From a virus (Duplodnaviria; Caudoviricetes), in the IMG/VR virus record IMGVR_UViG_3300045110_000292, positions 1 to 52,583 of that record: a stretch of DNA of 52,583 nt. One strand, given 5' to 3'. Position numbers and translations under genes: made by a program. Of this stretch, positions 46,011 to 52,583 are shown piece after piece (the first letter of the stretch is position 1; each line of letters opens with the position of its first letter). Under the pieces are notes generated by a model, which saw only the letters and a list, made by a program, of their open reading frames with translations, did not search any database and was not told the origin of the DNA.

Positions 46011-46315
46011 AAAATGGTTTCACCCTGACTGCCGTGACCGAACGGCGACACGCGATGCTTCTTCCCAGAGCCAGGTGGATGATTTCCGCCGCAGATTCGG
46101 CATCCTAATTCCAAGCGAGCCAAGTCCCGACGAAGATCACGCAGAACATCCGAGAGAGGTTTTTCCTTCTTGGCAATTCGATGTCCCCATTCGCGCATCG
46201 TCTCTTTATCGAAAGCGCATAGCGGGCACATGGTTGGAATCTGCAACGCCTCTTTGGTCACGTAGCCAACGGGCCGCTTGCACTGCACACATTCGTTTGC
46301 GACGAGTTGAGCCAT
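46007..46315 (-). CDS. Hypothetical Zn-finger protein
   Basis: CVQC, CPLC, CRIC..H. Confidence 0.6.
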   Translation of the reverse strand: MAQLVANECVQCKRPVGYVTKEALQIPTMCPLCAFDKETMREWGHRIAKKEKPLSDVLRDLRRDLARLELGCRICGGNHPPGSGKKHRVSPFGHGSQGETIL

Positions 46316-46317
46316 AA

Positions 46318-47486
46318 CTATTCCGGAGCGGGGTTAGCTGCGAACTCAGACACACGGCGGGCGAACTCCTGCCACTCCTCTGCGACCTGCCCAAGCAACG
46401 TGTCGTTTGCCAGGTCAATTTCCTCGAGGTTGGTTGCCTCTGGTTCGATCAATTGAATCGAAGCCAGGAACGAGATCAGATCAGCCTCTTTCAGTTTCGC
46501 AGCTTTGAGAAGTTCGCGAATGACGATCGGTGCCGCCTTTTTGACCTCCGACTCAGTTTTTGGCGAATTTGGGGTGGCTGGGAGCGTAATTGTGGGGGTA
46601 GGGCTTTCCGCTTTGGCCCCGCCCTGAGGTTTTGAGGGGGTGGGTGCGGGTCGTATGCCTTCTTTCGCGTCCTGGGGCATTTCGGGCGGTTCAGGTTCGA
46701 TTTGTGGACCGTTTTCGATCTGTGGCGAGGCGAATATCGGGCGGAGCATTGGCTTCGGCTCTTTCACCGGCAAGTTGTCATCATCAGCATAAAGCACATC
46801 CCGAATTTCGGGCATGAGATCCCACCGTTTACTGTGACGTTTGATGACTGTCTTTTTTGCCATTTCGCCCCACGACTTCACCCAAGGCATTGAGTCTTTG
46901 GCTCGGCTGAACGACTGGCGAACTCCTTCGACTTCATCGGCTGACATAATTTCGTAGTCAACAGACCCGTCCTGCATTTTGGCACGGGAATAAACGGCAA
47001 CGATCTCGCCTCGGGCTTGGGTGTAATCGGCGGAGTGATTGACGCGCGTTCGCCCTTCGCCGTCATCCTCGAGTACCTCGAAAGCGTCGCCGGAGAAAAC
47101 GAGCTTGGCTGTCACCTGGACGTTATTTCGACTGGCGAGCGCGACCAGTCCTTTCCAGTCAAAAATGACTTGGGCGGTATTTCCAAAGGCGATGATGTGA
47201 GCAAGGCGCCCATCGGGTTCAAGACCAGCTTGGGCACAGATCAGGACGCAACGCCTGAGACTGTCGCGAGTGCAGGCCAGCAACTCAGGTTTGTACAGGA
47301 CCATCGTTTGAGATACGCGCAACAATCGTTCTGCCGTCAAATGCTTCGGCAGGACTTTTTGGACTTCGGCAACGAGAGCGGGACTGGCGAACTCCTCCGC
47401 AATGCCGGTCTTTGCCACGGCTTGAGGGTTTGCGCGTTTGGCCGTTTGCGTTGCGGGCGTTGTTGGTTTTGGTTCGAGTAAAGATT

Positions 47487-47490
<4 letters not shown>
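46318..47490 (-). CDS. recT: RecT-family single-strand annealing protein
   Basis: LPKHLTAERLLR, ELLACT, GLEP, DWKGLVALA, PWVKSWGEMAKKTVIKR; real ATG at 47490. Confidence 0.9.
47463..47480. repeat. 18-bp direct repeat, copy 1
   Basis: ttggttttggttcgagta, also at 48182-48199; encodes LLEPKP at the start of recT. Confidence 0.8.
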
Positions 47491-48209
<719 letters not shown>

Positions 48210-48213
48210 AGCT

Positions 48214-48411
48214 TCAAATCCATCCCTGAGTTTTGGCGAAGCGTTCGATTTCGTCCCATCCGATACGATGGCACCCGGCAATCACACCTTGCTCATTTAC
48301 TGCGTCAAGTTGGTAGTCGCCAACTTTGAATTGATCTCCGTTGCGATGCCAGCCGCGTTTTCGTTGGATCATTGCGAAACGAAAAGCCTTCTCAGCTTCC
48401 GGCAGTGGCAC
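48214..48411 (-). CDS. Hypothetical protein, possibly a C-terminal remnant
   Basis: Frame stays open upstream (VLETSRGACVPLPEA) without an ATG; VGDYQL...AGCHRIGWDEI. Confidence 0.45.
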   Translation of the reverse strand: MPLPEAEKAFRFAMIQRKRGWHRNGDQFKVGDYQLDAVNEQGVIAGCHRIGWDEIERFAKTQGWI

Positions 48412-48473
48412 GCACGCGCCCCGGCTGGTTTCGAGAACGGTTACGGGCTCTCTGCCCTCGTCGTATTGATGGC

Positions 48474-48710
48474 TCAGGAGAGTAAACGGATGACTTCGTT
48501 CGGCAATGAATGCTCGCGCGCTTCACGCAGGCAATGGAAAGCACAGCCGATTTCAAACATCGCAACGCGAATGATCTCCGCGCGCATCTCATTCGAAAGA
48601 TTTGTTTCCAGGAGGGTGGCGATTTTCTTTTGCACATGTTCAAGGCATTGCGCGGCGCCACCATCAAAAGCAGGGTCAATCTTTTGGTTTTCGTTTTCAG
48701 TAGTTTGCAT
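48474..48710 (-). CDS. Hypothetical protein
   Basis: 78 aa; first gene of the leftward early arm. Confidence 0.6.
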   Translation of the reverse strand: MQTTENENQKIDPAFDGGAAQCLEHVQKKIATLLETNLSNEMRAEIIRVAMFEIGCAFHCLREAREHSLPNEVIRLLS

Positions 48711-48719
48711 AACACCATC

Positions 48720-48747
48720 AGCGTAGCATGCGTGAGACAGATGTCAA
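48720..48747 (-). promoter_or_regulatory. Sigma70-like promoter with a CTGTCTCAC motif in the spacer
   Basis: TTGACA-N16-TACGCT with an extended TG; a divergent TTGACG lies at 48751. Confidence 0.55.
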
Positions 48748-48782
48748 GCCTTGACGAAAGAAAAGTTTAGTCTGACTCTGAC

Positions 48783-49223
48783 GTGGTGAGCAGTGCAGCC
48801 TTTGTGATGGAGGATACCCCGGCGCCTTACAGGTGTGATGAACGCTCAATCCTGCCTCAACCACTTGACCGCAACGCCTTACTCGCAAAAGCCAGGGCGT
48901 GCAGAAAGCACCGCAACACCGCACTGTCTCAAGCGATTGACAGCCGGAGACTCGCTCATAAAGTCGTAATGGAACTCGAACAGGACTTGGACGCCGCTAC
49001 GGACGCTGATTCCCGCAGGGAAGTAGCGATTGCCATTCGTTCGGCGATTCAGGCGTGGGATCTGGCTTGTGATCGTGTGCGGATTGCCAAAGGTTTGCCG
49101 TTACCCGGCAGTCTCCGTCCAGAGGCAAAGCCAAAGAAGTCAAAGCCGGTTCATCAGACGTTCAGTGAACAGCCGTCCGGACCGTCCGGCCCGTCCGCTC
49201 CCATCGACAAGCCGATTGCCTGA
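48783..49223 (+). CDS. Hypothetical protein, candidate terminase small subunit
   Basis: Helical protein ending RIAKGLPLPGSLRP..KPKK, followed by a long non-coding region; TerS is only a guess. Confidence 0.55.
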   Translation: MVSSAAFVMEDTPAPYRCDERSILPQPLDRNALLAKARACRKHRNTALSQAIDSRRLAHKVVMELEQDLDAATDADSRREVAIAIRSAIQAWDLACDRVRIAKGLPLPGSLRPEAKPKKSKPVHQTFSEQPSGPSGPSAPIDKPIA

Positions 49224-49367
49224 CGGGCAACGTTGCCAAGTAGCCCAATCCCCAAGCGGAACTTTCGTGTCCCCTCGACTTTGGCAATGACCGCGTCAGG
49301 GCAGGAACCAGAATGACCGCATCACCTGAGACCAGGCAAGACGTCAGACCTGAGCTTTTAGGAAAGA

Positions 49368-49523
49368 AGGTCTGCAGGCGAACCAAACCGAAAAGGAATC
49401 TCTTTGGCGTCAGACGGTCCCCACACCCCCAACCCGGACCGGGCCAGGGAGATTGGGGGTCGAGAGGTGAGAGTGGACTTTTGATGGATGCCAACTTTTC
49501 CAAAACTTTCGACTTGCAGACCT
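49368..49523 (+). other. Nested inverted-repeat element (ncRNA, origin or packaging site)
   Basis: Concentric stems aggtctgca/tgcagacct, ttggcgtc/gatgccaa, gtcc/ggac, acccccaa/ttgggggt. Confidence 0.5.
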
Positions 49524-49635
49524 GAAAATCGCTCTCCCCTCATACTCCCCTCTGTATATGTATCTGTATGTGCCTACGATTTGACACCGTTTAATATAGT
49601 TGACATGCGTTGACAGTTGTGATGATGTATAAGGA

Positions 49636-50253
49636 GTGGACACCATTACGAGTTGGACGCCGTTGTTTTCCTCGATAGTGACCTCGACTTTGTGGGAGGA
49701 GTCGAAGGAGGTCAGGTTGCTGTTTGTGACGATGCTGGCGTTGAAGAACCGGGATGGGTTGGTGATTGCCACGATGTCGGGTTTGAAGCGCCTGGCGAAT
49801 TTGAAGGCTGAGGAGGTTGAGTCCTCGGTGGCTGTACTCGAGGCACCGGATACAAAAGCGGAATTGACTCAGGAGTTTCAGGGCAGGCGCATCGAACGGT
49901 GTGAGGGAGGGTGGAGGATTTTGAATCACGAGAAGTACCGGGATCTCGTGTCGGGGACCAAGCGTCGGGCCTATCAGGCATCCTGGCAGAAGGGGTATCG
50001 TGACAGGAAGAAAATGGCAAAACAGCAGGGGTATAAAGACGGTGTTGAACAGGTGATCGACGAAGGGTTGAATGAGATGAAAGAGTCACACAAAGTTCAG
50101 CCAGATCCGATGACTGACGAGCAGCGCGCCGCCGTAGAGGAGGAGGTTTACCAGCAATACCCGAGGGAGTTTGTCGAACCACCCGAAGTCGCGAGTCCAC
50201 CAATCACTCAACCAATAGCCCCGAGGTACAAACTTCGGGATGATGTTCAATAA
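49636..50253 (+). CDS. Putative replication initiator / replisome organizer
   Basis: LFSSIVTSTLWEE..VRLLFVTMLAL..DG..GWRILNHEKYR resembles phage replication N-terminal winged helices. Confidence 0.6.
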   Translation: MDTITSWTPLFSSIVTSTLWEESKEVRLLFVTMLALKNRDGLVIATMSGLKRLANLKAEEVESSVAVLEAPDTKAELTQEFQGRRIERCEGGWRILNHEKYRDLVSGTKRRAYQASWQKGYRDRKKMAKQQGYKDGVEQVIDEGLNEMKESHKVQPDPMTDEQRAAVEEEVYQQYPREFVEPPEVASPPITQPIAPRYKLRDDVQ

Positions 50254-50256
50254 TTT

Positions 50257-50619
50257 ATGCAACGATCCATAATACCAGTCGGACCTTCAAAGGCACCCTA
50301 CGAAGGACTCACCTGCCGTGAGTGTAAAGTCACATGGTACATGCCGGTAGAATACGTAGAACAACGGCGCCGAACATCCGAAGTGTTCTTCTGCCCCAAC
50401 GGTCATCAAAAACGCCTGGTGCCGATAGATCAGCCACCACCGCGAGGACCGGCCGTCGTTCCAACCGAACCGTTCGATAACCGGCCGCCCGTGCCGAGAT
50501 TGCCCCCATCAGGAGGCAGGCCGAGCGGCACTCAGCCCGTACCGTCTGACGCACCGGCCCAACCGATCGAAACCCGGCAGACAGCCGCCTTGATAAATCC
50601 TCAGTTCGGACAGGGCTAA
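50257..50619 (+). CDS. Hypothetical Zn-finger protein
   Basis: CREC...FFCPNGH with a Pro-rich tail. Confidence 0.6.
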   Translation: MQRSIIPVGPSKAPYEGLTCRECKVTWYMPVEYVEQRRRTSEVFFCPNGHQKRLVPIDQPPPRGPAVVPTEPFDNRPPVPRLPPSGGRPSGTQPVPSDAPAQPIETRQTAALINPQFGQG

Positions 50620-50621
50620 GC

Positions 50622-51224
50622 ATGGACTTCGAAGCCGTTCAACGTTATCCACTGTGCTGGCCTGATAATTGGCCGCGCACGCCGTTCAGGATCTCCTCGA
50701 GATTTGGGGATCGGACGGTCAACCAGGCGTTCGCCATCCTGGGAGATGAGATACGGCGCCTCGGTTGTGATACGTGGAAAATATCAACCAACATCCCACG
50801 CACCAATAGCGGGTGGATCAAGTCACAGTTCAAACAACCGACCGACCCAGGCGCAGCCGCCTACTTCACGTACAACGGCAAACCAGTCACGCTCGCCTGT
50901 GATAAATGGACACGGTTGGAGGACAACATTTATGCCATCGCCCGTCACATCGAGGCTCTGCGAGGTCAAGATCGTTGGGGAGTAGGCACTCTCGAACAAG
51001 CCTTCCGTGGTTACATGGCACTGCCTGGTGTCGGTCAAACCAGTGGTGAAAACTGGTGGCAGGTGCTAAACGTCCCGATCAACGCCACACAACAGCGAAT
51101 CAAAGAATCATTTCGCACACTGGCTAAACTCCATCACCCTGATACTGGGGGTGAGCGTGAAGGTTGGGAGCGGATAAACCGCGCGTATCAACAGGCAGAA
51201 GCATTGTTTGGCAACGGCAAGTGA
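50622..51224 (+). CDS. J-domain (DnaJ-like) protein
   Basis: YPLCWP..WPRT N-domain; C-terminal WWQVLNV...FRTLAKLHHPDTGG...INRAY with the HPD motif. Confidence 0.88.
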   Translation: MDFEAVQRYPLCWPDNWPRTPFRISSRFGDRTVNQAFAILGDEIRRLGCDTWKISTNIPRTNSGWIKSQFKQPTDPGAAAYFTYNGKPVTLACDKWTRLEDNIYAIARHIEALRGQDRWGVGTLEQAFRGYMALPGVGQTSGENWWQVLNVPINATQQRIKESFRTLAKLHHPDTGGEREGWERINRAYQQAEALFGNGK

Positions 51225-51814
51225 ACTGCAGGGCCATCCAACGTCGGCTGATCAGCGATCGTTTCGCCAAAGGATTTTGCATCCCGAACTACACACCAAG
51301 CGGTTGGTTTGAGTGTGACGTTTTCGAGATCACAAAGTCCGGGTTTTTTCGTGAGTATGAGATCAAGTTGTCTCGCAGTGACTTTCGCGCCGATGCTGCC
51401 AAAAGGAAAAGCCGACCAGTCTATGAAAACGGGGTGTGGAAAGAGGACGTAGGAGGCAATAAACACGAACTGCTGGCCGGACACTCACTCGTCGGACCCT
51501 CACGGTTTTATTACGTGTCGCCCCTCGGAGTGCTCAAGCCGGAGATCATACCAGCCTTTGCCGGATGGATCGAGTTTGAGGACGTCGATGACTCCAACCG
51601 GCCGTTCGGACCAGTGCCTCACACTCGCAAAGAAGCCCCACAACTTCACCGATCAAAACCACTACCGGAGATCAGGCGCCATGCCGAGAGTGTCTGTTAC
51701 TGGCGATTCCTAAAACTGTTTTTACGATGCGATACCAACCTAGCTGCCGAGGTCGAGCACGCCACAAGTGGGATCTCAACAACTTCTGTGAATGGTGCGG
51801 CAAGCCTCGAGTGA
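51221..51814 (+). CDS. PD-(D/E)XK-fold protein (MmcB-like)
   Basis: ECDVF...EYEIKLSRSDFRAD...PSRFYYVSP; GTG at 51221. Confidence 0.7.
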   Translation: MNCRAIQRRLISDRFAKGFCIPNYTPSGWFECDVFEITKSGFFREYEIKLSRSDFRADAAKRKSRPVYENGVWKEDVGGNKHELLAGHSLVGPSRFYYVSPLGVLKPEIIPAFAGWIEFEDVDDSNRPFGPVPHTRKEAPQLHRSKPLPEIRRHAESVCYWRFLKLFLRCDTNLAAEVEHATSGISTTSVNGAASLE

Positions 51815-51848
51815 CCGGAGCGGAACGAATGGCTGACTGGCGGGTTCG

Positions 51849-52151
51849 TCACCCGAAGTCAACTATGCCATCCCGCCCATCACCTTCGACGATCAACTGC
51901 ACCTGACTGGCATCGGTGATCTTGCTGCCGTCGGGCAACAGGTGCCAATCGTAATGCAACGGTGCTATCACGATCTGCCCGCGTTTGAGTTCACCCCTGG
52001 CTTTCACGGCAGGCGAGACATCGACGATGATGAACTGTTGTAAATCACGATCATCATATTCACGCAGCAGCAAGCCGGATGCGGTAAGTCTCGGAGGCTG
52101 AATCGGCCTGAGCCACACGTTGTTTTTCAGCAGGCGGAGAGTGCGGGGCAT
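51849..52151 (-). CDS. GroES/Cpn10-like co-chaperonin
   Basis: LRLLKNNVWLRP...TASGLLL...IVDVSP...LKRGQIVI fits the Cpn10 pattern; 100 aa. Confidence 0.7.
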   Translation of the reverse strand: MPRTLRLLKNNVWLRPIQPPRLTASGLLLREYDDRDLQQFIIVDVSPAVKARGELKRGQIVIAPLHYDWHLLPDGSKITDASQVQLIVEGDGRDGIVDFG

Positions 52152-52583
52152 AACTCAGGTTGAAGTTGAATCGAAGTGCGCTCGTCGATGAAAGGGATGT
52201 ATTCAGGGTTCAGTTCGATCAACAACGCCGTTCGACCGTGTTTTATGGCAACCTCGCCTGTCGTGCCACTACCAGCAAACGGATCGAGAACGACATCACC
52301 CTTACGACTACCAGCGAGGATACACGGCTCGATCAGTTTCGGAGGGAAGGTAGCGAAGTGAGCTTTACGATATGATGCGGGAGCGACAGTCCAGACATCG
52401 CGCTTGTTGCGCATACCACTGCACTGTCCTTCGCGATCCATCTTGTCCCACCTGTCGTTGAACCCATCGTGACGCCTGCTGTGACCTCGTTGTTTGTCGG
52501 ATCGAACGGCTTTCATTGCACCATTGGTTTTCACCCCACCATTACCCCGGTGTGAACCATTCTGATTCTCGACATTCTGATTC
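52127..52583 (-). CDS. DNA methyltransferase, C-terminal part (continues from 622..1)
   Basis: RNKRDVWTV...HFATFPPKLIEPCILAGS..GDVVLDPFAGSGTT. Confidence 0.92.
   Translation of the reverse strand, partial: NQNVENQNGSHRGNGGVKTNGAMKAVRSDKQRGHSRRHDGFNDRWDKMDREGQCSGMRNKRDVWTVAPASYRKAHFATFPPKLIEPCILAGSRKGDVVLDPFAGSGTTGEVAIKHGRTALLIELNPEYIPFIDERTSIQLQPELCPALSAC
52558..52583. repeat. Terminal direct repeat (right copy)
   Basis: Identical to 1-26. Confidence 0.95.

Noticed and set aside
45841-46023. N-terminal extension of the 452-aa nuclease ORF
   Set aside because: Overlaps a coupled 57-aa gene (45837-46010); nuclease motifs begin after ATG 45840

Overview
The window looks like a complete, circularly permuted dsDNA tailed-phage genome of about 52.56 kb. 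Bases 1-26 equal bases 52558-52583, and a minus-strand DNA methyltransferase reads in frame across that junction. The layout is podovirus-like: portal, scaffold and major capsid; small decoration/fibre genes; an inverted terminase large subunit; tail-tube-like proteins; three probable ejection proteins; no tape measure or sheath. Most structural calls rest on size and position, not on recognised motifs. A leftward early arm carries RecT, a Cas4/DUF2800-like nuclease, an SF2 helicase, a ParB-like protein and a PD-(D/E)XK nuclease. A replication-initiator-like gene, a J-domain protein, a GroES-like protein and four free-standing HNH endonucleases are also present. No integrase, DNA polymerase, endolysin, tRNA or CRISPR array was recognised. 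Host-like secreted proteins hint at a Verrucomicrobiota host (inference). Most notable: (1) a ~9 kb glycan synthesis and tailoring locus (RgpF-like pair, radical SAM, O- and C-methyltransferases, GT9-GT2 fusion, NDP-sugar reductase); (2) a GARS-like ATP-grasp ligase coupled to the portal; (3) four virion-region genes sharing a ~35-aa N-terminal DxQSL..CYLC..ExxELALL module fused to different cargo domains; (4) several structured leaders, a shared promoter motif and genes flanked by direct repeats. Items 1-3 together suggest a modular, chemically decorated virion surface (inference). All calls were made by eye; no database searches were run.
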